Positions 27,627 through 37,585 of a stretch of 64,000 nucleotides of DNA are shown in pieces. Below the pieces are notes generated by a model. It was not told the DNA's origin. It did not search any database and saw nothing but the letters and a program-made list of their open reading frames with translations. The position numbers and the translations under genes are program-made. Position 1 is the stretch's first letter; every line of letters begins with the position of its first letter. The DNA lies in NCBI GenBank assembly GCA_035261225.1, contig DATFUB010000016.1, forward strand, positions 2,233 through 66,232, read 5' to 3'. Source of the DNA: Sphingomicrobium sp. (GTDB lineage: Bacteria; Pseudomonadota; Alphaproteobacteria; Sphingomonadales; Sphingomonadaceae).

Positions 27627-28558
27627 ACGACCGCGAGATCGTTTGCGTGGATCTGACCCTCGCGCTCGAGAGTCTGCAGCGCGAAGGCTATCGCCTGGAC
27701 GTCATTTACCCGGCGGACGACCCGGACACCGCGGTCCTGAGCGGCGAGGGCTGTACCGTACGCCTGACGAGTCGGCCTGACCTGACTGCGCCGACCGGCG
27801 ATCTTCCGCCGTTCGCTCCAAAATTTGTGCTCACTCGCGGTGGCGGATCGGGGGAGGGCCGCGCGGGAATGCTCTACCGCGACCTCATCCCGAGCCGCCT
27901 CGGCGGACGGTACATTGCCTCGCACATTACGATCCCCGCGGGCGGCCCGGTCGCCGACTGGGTCCATTTTCACCGTATCGCGCTGCAGCTGATTTGCGTC
28001 CGTTCGGGCTGGGTGTGCGTGGTTTATGAAGACCAGGGTGATCCGTTCACGATGCACGCCGGGGATGTGGTGCTGCAGCCGCCGGGGATCCGCCACCGCG
28101 TGCTCGAAAGCTCATCCGGGCTCGAGGTCGTGGAGATTACCTGTCCGGCGCTGCATGAGACATTCGCCGAGCATGACCTAGCCTTGCCCAACGACCGGGT
28201 CGATCCGGAACGGCGGTTCAGCGGGCAGCGATTCCACCGCCACATTGCAGCGCAGACCCCGTGGACCCCTTTCGCCGGCGGCGAATCTCAAGAAACGGCG
28301 ATCGGTCAAGCAACGGGCGGCCTTACCGAGGTGCGCACTGTTCGGCCCGCGGACGGACAGCCGATGTCGTTCCGGCCGAGCGATGGCGAGCTGGTGTTCG
28401 CCTATATCCTGGAGGGTTCGGTCGTTGTGGAGTTTGATGGCGGGCATGAACTCGCGCGGTCGGACGCGATGGTCATTCCGCCGGACGCAGCGTGGAGCCT
28501 GAACAACGCGTCTCCCGATCTCCGACTCCTGCACGTGACCACATCGCGACTCGTTTAG
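27623..28558 (+). CDS. Cupin-domain protein (two cupin-like barrels)
   Basis: HFH...Y.DQG..FTMHAGDVVLQPPGIRHRV cupin motif and a second degenerate barrel. TTG overlaps the tig stop. Confidence 0.8.
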   Translation: MNDREIVCVDLTLALESLQREGYRLDVIYPADDPDTAVLSGEGCTVRLTSRPDLTAPTGDLPPFAPKFVLTRGGGSGEGRAGMLYRDLIPSRLGGRYIASHITIPAGGPVADWVHFHRIALQLICVRSGWVCVVYEDQGDPFTMHAGDVVLQPPGIRHRVLESSSGLEVVEITCPALHETFAEHDLALPNDRVDPERRFSGQRFHRHIAAQTPWTPFAGGESQETAIGQATGGLTEVRTVRPADGQPMSFRPSDGELVFAYILEGSVVVEFDGGHELARSDAMVIPPDAAWSLNNASPDLRLLHVTTSRLV

Positions 28559-28586
28559 AATCGGCCGCAAGAAAAGCGCGATAACG

Positions 28587-28664
28587 CCGTTCGTCCTGAG
28601 CTTGTCGAAGGACTGTTTTTCTCTCTAGAGCAGGGCAGGGCTTCGACAGGCTCAGCCCGAACGG
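28587..28664. repeat. REP-like inverted-repeat element (24-bp arms)
   Basis: ccgttcgtcctgagcttgtcgaag ... cttcgacaggctcagcccgaacgg; the arms pair at 21 of 24 positions with a 30-nt spacer. Confidence 0.85.
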
Positions 28665-28677
28665 TTTAGGGGGAATA

Positions 28678-29607
28678 ATGGCCGCGAAGTTGAGTCCACG
28701 CATCGCCGTGCTTCTGCCTTGCTACAACGAGGAAGCCGCGATTGCCGCGACGGTAAGCGGCTTCCGCAAGGCGCTGCCGGACGCAACCATCTACGTCTAC
28801 GACAACAATAGCAGCGACCGCACGTGCGAGATCGCCGCCAAGGCCGGGGCGGTCGTCCGCACCGAGCGCCAGCAGGGCAAGGGGCATGTCGTCCGGCGCA
28901 TGTTCGCCGATGTCGATGCCGACATCTACGTGATGGCCGACGGCGATTTGACCTACGATCCCAAGGCGGCCCCGGCGATGGTCGCGATGCTGACCGCAGA
29001 CCAGCTCGATATGATCGTCGGCACCCGCAAGCACGAAGCCAAGGAGGCTTATCGCGGCGGCCACGTGCTCGGGAACCGGATTTTTACCGGCCTGCTCGCC
29101 GGCCTGTTCGGGCGGAGCTTCAGCGACATCTTCTCCGGCTACCGGGTGTTTTCGCGGCGCTTTGTGAAGAGCTTTCCTGTCCTGTCCTCGGGGTTCGAGA
29201 TCGAAACCGAGATCAGCGTCCATGCGCTCGAACTCAGGATGCCGGTCGGCGAGGTCGAGACCGCCTACGCTTCGCGACCGGAAGGATCGCATTCCAAGCT
29301 GTCGACCTTTTCGGACGGATGGCGGATTTTGAAGACGATCGTGACGCTTTATCGGATCGAACGCCCGGTGCTGTTCTTCGGCACGATCGGCGCGCTGCTC
29401 GTGGTCGCGGCGATCCTGTTGTCGGTGCCGCTGATCATCACATATTTGAATACGGGGCTGGTGCCGCGCCTTCCGACCGCGGTCCTGGTGACCGGGGTGA
29501 TCATTGTCGCGGTGCTGTGTTTCTTCGCCGGCTTGATCCTCGACACGGTCACGCGCGGCCGCCGCGAAGTCCGCCGGCTCGCCTATCTGTCACAACCCGC
29601 CCCCTAG
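28678..29607 (+). CDS. GT2 glycosyltransferase (polyprenol-phosphate sugar transferase-like) with two C-terminal TM helices
   Basis: PCYNEE, DNNSSDRT, GKG, ADGD, DIFSGYRVFSR and FEIETE motifs. Confidence 0.92.
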   Translation: MAAKLSPRIAVLLPCYNEEAAIAATVSGFRKALPDATIYVYDNNSSDRTCEIAAKAGAVVRTERQQGKGHVVRRMFADVDADIYVMADGDLTYDPKAAPAMVAMLTADQLDMIVGTRKHEAKEAYRGGHVLGNRIFTGLLAGLFGRSFSDIFSGYRVFSRRFVKSFPVLSSGFEIETEISVHALELRMPVGEVETAYASRPEGSHSKLSTFSDGWRILKTIVTLYRIERPVLFFGTIGALLVVAAILLSVPLIITYLNTGLVPRLPTAVLVTGVIIVAVLCFFAGLILDTVTRGRREVRRLAYLSQPAP

Positions 29608-29742
29608 GGGTGAGTTACTTTTATGCATCACTCGGCATGAATTGTGTCGGGTTGGTTACAGAACCGGCTTCCTCCCTGACAATTCTGTAGGTTACTGTTG
29701 TTTCCGACACCGCGCCAAACGCGGGGGCAAAGGGGAACAGAC

Positions 29743-32700
29743 ATGATCGGGATCAACACGGCACTTCGCTCGGGCGTAGCCTTGGCAGCGATGATCGGCA
29801 GCGCGACCGCGGCACAGGCGCAAAGCACGCTCCCACCAGCGGACGTCACCCAGGCGCCAGCGGCGGCATCATCGACCCAGCCGACTCCGCAGGGCGACAT
29901 CGTCATCACCGGATCGCGCATCCGCCGCAATCCGCTCAATCTCGACGCGCCGCGTGTGTTCCTCGATCAGCAGGACATCGCCAAGACCGGTCTCAGTTCG
30001 ATCAATGACGTGCTGCAGCGCCTGCCAAGCTCGGGCGGCGGCCTCAACGGCAAGTTCAACAACTCCGGCAACCTCGGCAATCCGCCGGACGGCGGCGGTG
30101 TCGGCGCCGGCTCGGCGGAAATCGACCTGCGTTACCTTGGTTCGCGACGCACTCTGGTTCTCGTCGACGGCTTGCGCTTCGTTCCCGGCGCATCGGCCAG
30201 CGGCGTTCCCGCCTCGGTCGACCTCAACACGATCCCGGAAGGTATGATCGAGCGCGTCGAAGTGCTGCAGGACGGCGCTTCCGCGGTTTACGGGTCGGAT
30301 GCGATCGCCGGCGTGGTTAACATCATCACCAAGCAGCACCAGAAGGGCTTTGTCCTCAGTGCACAATATGGTCAATTCGGCCAAGGCGATGGCAAGTCGC
30401 AGGACTACGAGGCGAGCTGGGGCAACGGCGACGGGCATCGACTTAACCTGGTCATCGGCGGGAATTACGTGAAGCAAGGTGCAGTGAGCTCGGGCGACCG
30501 GGCGCTGTCGCGTTTCCCCGCCCCGTATGCCACTTCTTGTGCTGCGGGCGGTTGTTCGGGGACTCCCATTATGGGGCGGTTTGACGTGCTCAGGGATCCG
30601 TCTCTTCCCGCGGATCCGGGCTGCGAAGATCCGGATGCCTGCAACCCGATCATCATTGGGACCAATCCATTCCTCGACTTGAGCCTGAACAGCCCGGTGC
30701 TGGTCGGGGCTCCAAACTACGACCCGCTGAATCCAACAGGGCCCGGCTCGGACTTTCACAATTTCGGCACGCCTGACCGGTTCAATTTTGCGCCCTACAA
30801 CTATTTCCAGATCCCGCTTGAGCGGTACGGCCTGTTCGCCAACCTCAAATATGAGCTTGCGGACAATTTTAATTTCTCCGTCAAAGCCATGTGGAACGAG
30901 CGCAAATCGAAGAACCAGGCAGCCCCGCTTCCTTTCGGAATTGGCGCCGCTTGTGGTTGTACGCCCGTTCTCGACAGCATCGGCGTGGACGTATCCAACC
31001 CGTTCAATCCGTTTGGCGTGACGCTCGACAGCACCAATATGCAGTTCATCGCTCGCAGGTTCGTTGAAGGTGGACCTCGTCGCTTCTCGCAGAAGGTCGA
31101 CACAAATTATCTCGTGGCGACTTTCGACGGTAGTTTCGTCGTTGGCGGTCGCGACTGGTATTGGGATCTGAACGGTGTCTACGGTCACAATCGGGCCAAG
31201 CAGCGGATGCTCGGCAATATCAATGCGGACCATCTCCGCCAGGCACTCGGTCCGGTCGACGACTGCACCGGGCTTCCTGGCAATGACGGTGTCGGGACTT
31301 GTACGCCGTTCAATATCTTTGGCGGTGCGGGATCTATCACGCCCGAGATGATCGACTTCGTGACGTTTACCCAGCGCGACCGCAGCAAGCAGGACTTGTA
31401 TGACGCTACGGCGAACATCTCCGGCGAATTGTTCGACCTTCCGGGTGGCCCGCTCGGCCTCGCCGCTGGCGCTGAATATCGTGAGCTTAGCGGAAGCTTC
31501 GACCCCGATCCGGTCGTTCAGGCCGGCTTCAGTTCGGATATTCCGGCCGCTCACACCGGCGGCGGCATTCACTCATCCGAAGTCTATGCCGAAGTCAACG
31601 CGCCGGTGCTGAAAGACATTCCCGCGATCGCTCTGCTCGAGCTCAGCGGTGCGGTGCGCTATTCCAAGTACAAGACCAGTCCGGAGTCCGGTCATGCGTC
31701 GACCAGTTTCTCCCACACGACGTTGAAGGGCTCGGCCAATTGGAAACCGATCAACGATCTGCGCTTCCGCGCATCCTACGCTCAAGGTTTTCGGGCACCT
31801 TCGATCGGTGAATTCTTCGGCAGCCTGTCACGCTTCGACCAGACGATCGCGGACCCGTGCTCGGCCGACAACACGTCGCCGGATAGCTATACGAACAGTG
31901 CGACAGTCAAAGCCAATTGTATCGCGCACGGTGTACCCGGCAACGGCAGCTACAACCAGACCAATCCGCAGATTTCTGTCGCTGTTGGCGGCAACGAGAA
32001 TTTGAAACCAGAGACTTCGAAGAGCTGGGTCTTCGGCGGCGTCTACAGCCCGTCGTTCCTGCCCGGCCTCTCGATCGAAGCCAACCATTATAACGTCAGA
32101 ATCACGGGCGCGATCCAGCCAGTCGACGCGGCCTTCACGCTCAACAATTGCGAGGTCAACAACGACCCTTCCGCTTGTGCGCTGGTAACCCGGGTCGGCG
32201 GTACTCTGACCGGGGTCGCGGGCATTCTCGGTAACATTGCCGGGATCAAGACCAAGGGCATCGATGTCAATCTCGCCTACCGCGGCCGCAAAACGTCAAT
32301 TGGCCGGTTCGGCGTGACCTGGAACAACACCTTCCTCAGGAACTTCGACGTCATCGTTCCAGTTACTGGCGGAACCACGGTCATCAGTCGCGAGGGTACC
32401 GAGCAGGGCAGTCCCTCCCAGGGCTTCCCGAAATGGAAGTCGGTTGGCGTGCTCGACTGGGATTTGGCTGATGTCGGTGCCAGCTTAACGGGCCGCTATA
32501 TATCGAAGCTGCGGGAGACTGCTGCATCTGGCGGCGGCAATGTGATGAGCGCAAAGTTCTACACCGACCTACAGCTGCGTTGGAACCCGGCCTGGGGCAG
32601 GCACCAGTTCGGCTTCGCGGTTGGCGGTAACAACATCCTCAACACGCGCGCGCCGGGCTGTGTTAGCTGCGATCTCAACAACTTCGACCCGTCAATGTAC

Positions 32701-32748
32701 GATGTGCCGGGCCGATTCTTTTACGTTCGCGCCGGCGTGAAATTGTAA
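29743..32748 (+). CDS. TonB-dependent receptor
   Basis: Signal peptide, [11 protein letters not shown] TonB box, plug domain ([43 protein letters not shown]) and C-terminal [16 protein letters not shown]. Confidence 0.96.
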   Translation: MIGINTALRSGVALAAMIGSATAAQAQSTLPPADVTQAPAAASSTQPTPQGDIVITGSRIRRNPLNLDAPRVFLDQQDIAKTGLSSINDVLQRLPSSGGGLNGKFNNSGNLGNPPDGGGVGAGSAEIDLRYLGSRRTLVLVDGLRFVPGASASGVPASVDLNTIPEGMIERVEVLQDGASAVYGSDAIAGVVNIITKQHQKGFVLSAQYGQFGQGDGKSQDYEASWGNGDGHRLNLVIGGNYVKQGAVSSGDRALSRFPAPYATSCAAGGCSGTPIMGRFDVLRDPSLPADPGCEDPDACNPIIIGTNPFLDLSLNSPVLVGAPNYDPLNPTGPGSDFHNFGTPDRFNFAPYNYFQIPLERYGLFANLKYELADNFNFSVKAMWNERKSKNQAAPLPFGIGAACGCTPVLDSIGVDVSNPFNPFGVTLDSTNMQFIARRFVEGGPRRFSQKVDTNYLVATFDGSFVVGGRDWYWDLNGVYGHNRAKQRMLGNINADHLRQALGPVDDCTGLPGNDGVGTCTPFNIFGGAGSITPEMIDFVTFTQRDRSKQDLYDATANISGELFDLPGGPLGLAAGAEYRELSGSFDPDPVVQAGFSSDIPAAHTGGGIHSSEVYAEVNAPVLKDIPAIALLELSGAVRYSKYKTSPESGHASTSFSHTTLKGSANWKPINDLRFRASYAQGFRAPSIGEFFGSLSRFDQTIADPCSADNTSPDSYTNSATVKANCIAHGVPGNGSYNQTNPQISVAVGGNENLKPETSKSWVFGGVYSPSFLPGLSIEANHYNVRITGAIQPVDAAFTLNNCEVNNDPSACALVTRVGGTLTGVAGILGNIAGIKTKGIDVNLAYRGRKTSIGRFGVTWNNTFLRNFDVIVPVTGGTTVISREGTEQGSPSQGFPKWKSVGVLDWDLADVGASLTGRYISKLRETAASGGGNVMSAKFYTDLQLRWNPAWGRHQFGFAVGGNNILNTRAPGCVSCDLNNFDPSMYDVPGRFFYVRAGVKL

Positions 32749-32779
32749 GCGCAAACGACTCAGTTTAAGCGAGGGGAGA

Positions 32780-32807
32780 GGGCGGCCGGGCGCAAGCTTG
32801 GCCGCCC
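32780..32807 (+). terminator. Probable intrinsic terminator after the TonB-dependent receptor
   Basis: gggcggccggg-cgcaag-cttggccgccc hairpin followed by cttatctt. Confidence 0.6.
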
Positions 32808-32823
32808 CTTATCTTATCCGGCG

Positions 32824-32852
32824 CTTGAACCTTCGGCAGATCCGCCCGATGT
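32824..32852 (+). promoter_or_regulatory. Sigma32 (RpoH)-type promoter of clpP
   Basis: CTTGAA-N15-CCCGATGT, upstream of a gene that is a classical heat-shock target. Confidence 0.65.
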
Positions 32853-32885
32853 AGGCCGACGCCACCAACAAAGGACTTGCTCCCC

Positions 32886-33542
32886 GTGACCGACCATCAG
32901 GATATCGTTTCGCAACTCGTTCCCATCGTTATCGAACAGTCCAACCGGGGCGAGCGCAGCTTCGACATTTATTCGCGGCTGCTGCGCGAGCGGATCGTGT
33001 TCATCACCGGCGCGATCGAGGATCATATGGCTTCGCTGGTTACCGCCCAGCTGCTCTTCCTCGAGTCTGAGAACCCGAAGAAGGACATCTTCATGTACAT
33101 TAACTCGCCGGGCGGCGTGGTCACCGCCGGCCTCGCGATCCACGACACGATGCAATACATCCGGCCCAAGATCAGCACGGTGTGCATCGGGCAGGCGGCG
33201 TCCATGGGCAGCTTCCTGCTCGCGGCGGGCGAGCCGGGCATGCGGGTCGCGCTGACCAACAGCCGGATCATGGTCCACCAGCCTTCGGGCGGCGCCCAGG
33301 GCATGGCCTCCGACATCGAGATCCAGGCGCGCGAGATCCTGCGCATGCGCCAACGCCTCAACGAGCTCTACGCGAAATACACCGGCCAGAAGATCGAGGC
33401 GATCGAGCTGGCGATGGACCGCGACAAGTTCCTCGAGGCCGACGAAGCCAAGGTTTTCGGGATCATCGACGAGGTGTTCGACACGCGCCCGCCGGCCGGC
33501 GAGGATGGCGGCACCGGCGCCGGTGATGTCACGCCGGCATAG
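32886..33542 (+). CDS. clpP: ATP-dependent Clp protease proteolytic subunit
   Basis: [30 protein letters not shown] and MVHQP motifs. GTG 32886 is spaced better from AAGGA than TTG 32877. Confidence 0.98.
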   Translation: MTDHQDIVSQLVPIVIEQSNRGERSFDIYSRLLRERIVFITGAIEDHMASLVTAQLLFLESENPKKDIFMYINSPGGVVTAGLAIHDTMQYIRPKISTVCIGQAASMGSFLLAAGEPGMRVALTNSRIMVHQPSGGAQGMASDIEIQAREILRMRQRLNELYAKYTGQKIEAIELAMDRDKFLEADEAKVFGIIDEVFDTRPPAGEDGGTGAGDVTPA

Positions 33543-33547
33543 GCGCC

Positions 33548-36500
33548 CTAATGCGCGGCGGCCGAATGCGATGATGCGGCTGGGTCGAATTTGAGTCCGT
33601 ATTCGGCGAACGTGTCGTCAATGTCCGGGCGAAGCTTGAACGCTTCCCCGGCGTCGCCGTGCGCACCGCCCGCGTCGCCCAGTTTCGAACGGACAATCGC
33701 CCGACCCATGTAGGCGTCTGCCCCGGCCTTTTTGGCGACCGCAAGGTCGAATGCCGCGAGCGATTCCTTTAGTTTGCCGAGCTTCAATAAAACTAGGCCG
33801 AGGCTCTCGTTTGCGGACGGGCTATCGGCATCAATGCGGAGCGCCTTGCGACAATCCTCGAGGGCCGACTGAAGCGCCACGTCATTGATCGCTTTGGTCC
33901 AGCACAAGCGTTTGAAGTCGCTGACAGTCTTTGCTTTGGCGCGCTCGGCGTCGAAGGCCTTTTTGGCCTCCGCCGACCGGCCAGCCCGTTCGAGCGCGAT
34001 TGCCCGGCCCAGCTCCAAATAGGAACCGTCCAAAGCGGCTTTGATCGCGCGATCGTAAAGGTCGATCGCCTCGGCGTGCTTCCCTTGCCTCGATAGCAAG
34101 CGGGCCTTTTCAGCCAGCGCATCTTCGTGCTCAGGCTCGGCCTTGAGGGCTGCGTCAAGGTCGGCGAATTTTCCCTGCATGTCCGAGTAAGGCCGCGCCT
34201 GGGCGCGGTTGATATAGATGTAGGCATATTGCTTCAGCACGAGCGCCCGGTCGAAACTGTCCATTGCCTTTTGCCGCAAGCCGATCGCCATGTACGTCTT
34301 GCCGGCAACGACCATTGCAAAATCGGATGACGGGTTTTCCTTGACCAGCCGATCACACTCCGCCGCCACGTCGGCCAGGCTGCCCTGCTGGAGTAAAATG
34401 TTGATTCTCAGCAAGCGCAAGGCCGGCGACACATACCCGATGTCGAGTGCTGTCTGGGTATCGGCGAGCGCTTTCTCATAGTTCTTGAGCTGCCGGAACG
34501 CTTCCGCGCGCTGGGCGAGGATGCGGCCATTTGGCCCCCCGGTACTTAGCGCCTGGGTCAGCGCGGCCACCGCCGCTCCATAGTCGTTTCGTGTCGAAGA
34601 GATTTGCGCGCGAGCCTGCAACGCGCGGAGATTGGTCGGTTCGATGGCCAGCGCGGCGGCAACGTCCTGTTCGGCGCCGTCGAATTGCTTGGCCTCCAAC
34701 CGGGCAAAGGCTCGATCGAGGAGGGGACTCGCGTTCTTGGGGGCGCGTGCCACGGCATCGTCGAAGCCGCGCATTGCCTGGTTCTCGTCCCCGCCGCGCT
34801 TGAGCAGCTTAGCCTGCAGGTTTCGGGCAAAGGAATTGCCGGGATCCTTCGCCAGCGCTTGTGCCGAGAGGTCGAGCGCTGATTTGAAGTCCTTTCGCTG
34901 GATAGCAATCATTGCCTTTGTGGCGAGTACCGTTGCGTTGCCAGGGTCTACGGCGAAGGCGGCGGCAAGGTCTCGTTCGGCGCCGGCCCAATCCTCCTTG
35001 GACGCGAGGATCCAGGCGTGTTGACCAAGCGCCTCGACATTGTGGGGGCTCGAGGCGATGACCTTCTCGATCTCGCGGAGTGCATCGTCGTCCTTGCCCT
35101 GCTGAACGAGGATGATGGCGCGCTGGAGTCGCAACACGTTGTTGGTCGGATCGCGTTCGATGGCGTTGTCCAAGGTGTTCGTCGCCGCGGTGAAGTCGCC
35201 TTTGCTGATCGCCAGCTCGCTGCGAGTCGCCAATACCTCGGGACTGCCAGGCTCGATCGTCGCGGCCTCCCGCAAATCCTTTTCTGCCTCGGTAAACTGT
35301 TGTTTGCCGATGTATACCGAAGCCCGCCGAGCCAGCGCCCAAACGTTCTTAGGGTCAATCGCGAGCGCCGCATTCAGGTCGGACAGGCCGTCTTCAACCT
35401 TGCCATGGGCGAGCAAGGCGTGGGCCCTGACGGAATATTCCATGGCGGACGCCGGCTTGGTTGCCCGCAGTGCATTTAAATCGGCCTCGGATGCTCGATA
35501 GGATGTCGGAAGTCGCAGATAGATATCATCCTTGTTGAGCGCGCGCAGGCGCGGCTCCGCGGCGAGCGCATCCTTGTAGGGCACTTCCGCCACAACGCTT
35601 CGCTCGCTTGATGTGACAGTAAGCTTGTTGCCATCGATCGATTCCGTGCGCGCATATTCGACCCCGGCGAGAGTCTCCTGAATGCGAGGAGAGAGTTTCT
35701 GCTGCGCGGCAAAATCCACTGGCAGCAATATTGTCGCGCGATCGTTGACGAATCTTGGATGGCTGACCGCAAACGGTGCGTCATGTCCAGATCCCGAGGG
35801 ACGATCGAAATCCGGGTCGAACGCGATCGAGGAGGTCGGCACACTGAGCCAGCCGTCATCCCAATTGAGCTTTGCTGTTCCCTTGATCGTAACATCGAAT
35901 GCGCGCTTCGCCTTGTCGAACTGGAATGACGTTGAGGCGGTGGCGAACCCGTCGTAATATTTCTTGGCGATGTCGTGCGCGAATTCATCCCGCTGGGCCG
36001 CGGTAAACCGCGAATAGAGCGTGTTGAACGCAACCGCGGAATCGCCTCGGTAAATCTCCTCAATCGTGATCGGGATCGCCGAAAGCACCCCGGAGCTTGC
36101 GTCAATCTCGACCCGGTGCTCGACGTTCGGCGCGGTGAGCGCGGGAGGGACAATTTGCACGAGCCGGGCGTTGCTGACCAGCGGCAATCCCCAGCCGAAA
36201 TCCGGGACTTGAATGCCGTCGAGGTTGATGTCGCCTGTCCGCGTGCCATCCAGCCAATAGTCCTTCCCTCCGATGTGAGCGCGGACGAGGACGTGATCGA
36301 ACAGCTCGAGGGCAGGCAGGCGATCTTCGATCATATCGCCTATCGTGGATTGGACCAGAACCGGCTCAGCCTCGATCTGCAGTGCATGCAGGATCGCGAC
36401 GAGCAGCGCGGTCTTGGCCTTGCAATCGCCGAACCGCCGAGACCAGGTCGTTTCCGCAGTCGCCGGTACATAACCGCCCTGGCCCATGAGCAGGGCGACA

Positions 36501-37420
36501 TAGCGGACGCGGTCCTGGGCGAGCGCAAGGGCGAGCTCGGCCCGTCGCTTGGGATCGCTGGACGATGTGCGGATTTGCTCAACTTCGTCGTGTAGTGGCC
36601 CCGCGGCGGGAATGACGGCCGCTGCCCGGAACAGTGGCGCCATCAAGTCGGCCAGGTCTGCCCAGGACGAGTAATCGGTGGCTTCGACGAGACGGCCGAC
36701 CTTGAATCGGCTGGGCGCCCCCTTCGGCGGCGAGATCGGTTCAATGTGGAGGGCCGACAGTTCGAAGACGCTCTTGCCGTCACGGCTAGATTTTTTGGGC
36801 TCCGGCAGACTCGATGACTTGCGAACGTTGAGCTTGAGCTCCGCTGGCCAGGTCAATTTGGTGTAGGCCGATTCGATCGGGCTCTCGTTCCAAGATCCGA
36901 ACAACGCCTCAACGTGTCCCTTCAGCACAGGGTCGGAATGCTCCGTCGTGCTGGCGAATTCGACAATGTCGCCTTCTTGCAAGCCCTCGGGCTGGATGTT
37001 GGCGGTTAACGTACCGTCGAACATCGCCGCTTCGAGGTTGGTTTCGCGGCGCAACACGGTGAACGTCTGCCCGGACGCAAGAACGTCGATGATTTTATCG
37101 CCGCGGCGAATCTGCAATTTGTTGACGGTCACGGTATCGGTCGCGGGCTGCCAGCTGAGAGAAAGATTGCCTGCCGCGAGCCCCTGGGGGTTCTGGATCT
37201 TGAAAACGATTTCGCCGTAGGTTGCGATCTTGCCGGGCTCCATCGTGATTTGGGCGTTGCTGAGGAGCACGTTGACCGGCGCATCGGTGGGCTTGGCTTG
37301 CGGGATGGGCTGCGGCGTCACCCATGCCGGTGGCGGCCCGAACTTCAACGTATCGGCGGCCGACGCCGAACTCGCGACGAAGATCGCCGCGCCGCCCAAC
37401 AGAACATTAATTCCCCGCAC
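33548..37420 (-). CDS. Large secreted DUF3857 / transglutaminase-like / TPR-array protein
   Basis: Signal peptide from GTG 37420 (GGGAG RBS), Cys-His-Asp triad motifs FGDCKAK, FDHVLV and WLDGT, and many C-terminal TPR repeats. Confidence 0.88.
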   Translation of the reverse strand: MRGINVLLGGAAIFVASSASAADTLKFGPPPAWVTPQPIPQAKPTDAPVNVLLSNAQITMEPGKIATYGEIVFKIQNPQGLAAGNLSLSWQPATDTVTVNKLQIRRGDKIIDVLASGQTFTVLRRETNLEAAMFDGTLTANIQPEGLQEGDIVEFASTTEHSDPVLKGHVEALFGSWNESPIESAYTKLTWPAELKLNVRKSSSLPEPKKSSRDGKSVFELSALHIEPISPPKGAPSRFKVGRLVEATDYSSWADLADLMAPLFRAAAVIPAAGPLHDEVEQIRTSSSDPKRRAELALALAQDRVRYVALLMGQGGYVPATAETTWSRRFGDCKAKTALLVAILHALQIEAEPVLVQSTIGDMIEDRLPALELFDHVLVRAHIGGKDYWLDGTRTGDINLDGIQVPDFGWGLPLVSNARLVQIVPPALTAPNVEHRVEIDASSGVLSAIPITIEEIYRGDSAVAFNTLYSRFTAAQRDEFAHDIAKKYYDGFATASTSFQFDKAKRAFDVTIKGTAKLNWDDGWLSVPTSSIAFDPDFDRPSGSGHDAPFAVSHPRFVNDRATILLPVDFAAQQKLSPRIQETLAGVEYARTESIDGNKLTVTSSERSVVAEVPYKDALAAEPRLRALNKDDIYLRLPTSYRASEADLNALRATKPASAMEYSVRAHALLAHGKVEDGLSDLNAALAIDPKNVWALARRASVYIGKQQFTEAEKDLREAATIEPGSPEVLATRSELAISKGDFTAATNTLDNAIERDPTNNVLRLQRAIILVQQGKDDDALREIEKVIASSPHNVEALGQHAWILASKEDWAGAERDLAAAFAVDPGNATVLATKAMIAIQRKDFKSALDLSAQALAKDPGNSFARNLQAKLLKRGGDENQAMRGFDDAVARAPKNASPLLDRAFARLEAKQFDGAEQDVAAALAIEPTNLRALQARAQISSTRNDYGAAVAALTQALSTGGPNGRILAQRAEAFRQLKNYEKALADTQTALDIGYVSPALRLLRINILLQQGSLADVAAECDRLVKENPSSDFAMVVAGKTYMAIGLRQKAMDSFDRALVLKQYAYIYINRAQARPYSDMQGKFADLDAALKAEPEHEDALAEKARLLSRQGKHAEAIDLYDRAIKAALDGSYLELGRAIALERAGRSAEAKKAFDAERAKAKTVSDFKRLCWTKAINDVALQSALEDCRKALRIDADSPSANESLGLVLLKLGKLKESLAAFDLAVAKKAGADAYMGRAIVRSKLGDAGGAHGDAGEAFKLRPDIDDTFAEYGLKFDPAASSHSAAAH

Positions 37421-37585
37421 AACTATTCTCCCGCAATTCACGATCATCCTAGGTTGCTGATAACCGCTTTATCAACAGGCATTTGGCCCGGATTCGCGAT
37501 CTTTTGACGGGACCTTTGTGGCTACTTCGCTTGTACTCGGCTGTGGCGAAGCCACAACCGGGGTCGAGAGGTGCGGCCTGAGCCG

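Noticed and set aside
29869-31572. Long ORFs overlapping real genes (for example 29869-31572, 21163-22833, 52713-54800, 54954-56402, 23788-25014, 62103-63467, 12185-13075)
   Set aside because: They overlap well-supported genes on the opposite strand or in another frame and show no recognisable motifs. Such shadow ORFs are expected from high GC3 codon bias.
37458-37474. Palindrome TGATAA-N5-TTATCA upstream of the DUF3857/TPR gene
   Set aside because: The half-sites resemble Fur boxes, but the spacing fits neither the Fur 7-1-7 nor the FNR/FixK TTGAT-N4-ATCAA consensus, and there is no supporting context.
37516-37557. Imperfect hairpin downstream of the metzincin-like gene
   Set aside because: It has a bulged stem, a 15-nt loop and no U-tract on the relevant strand, which is too weak to call a terminator.
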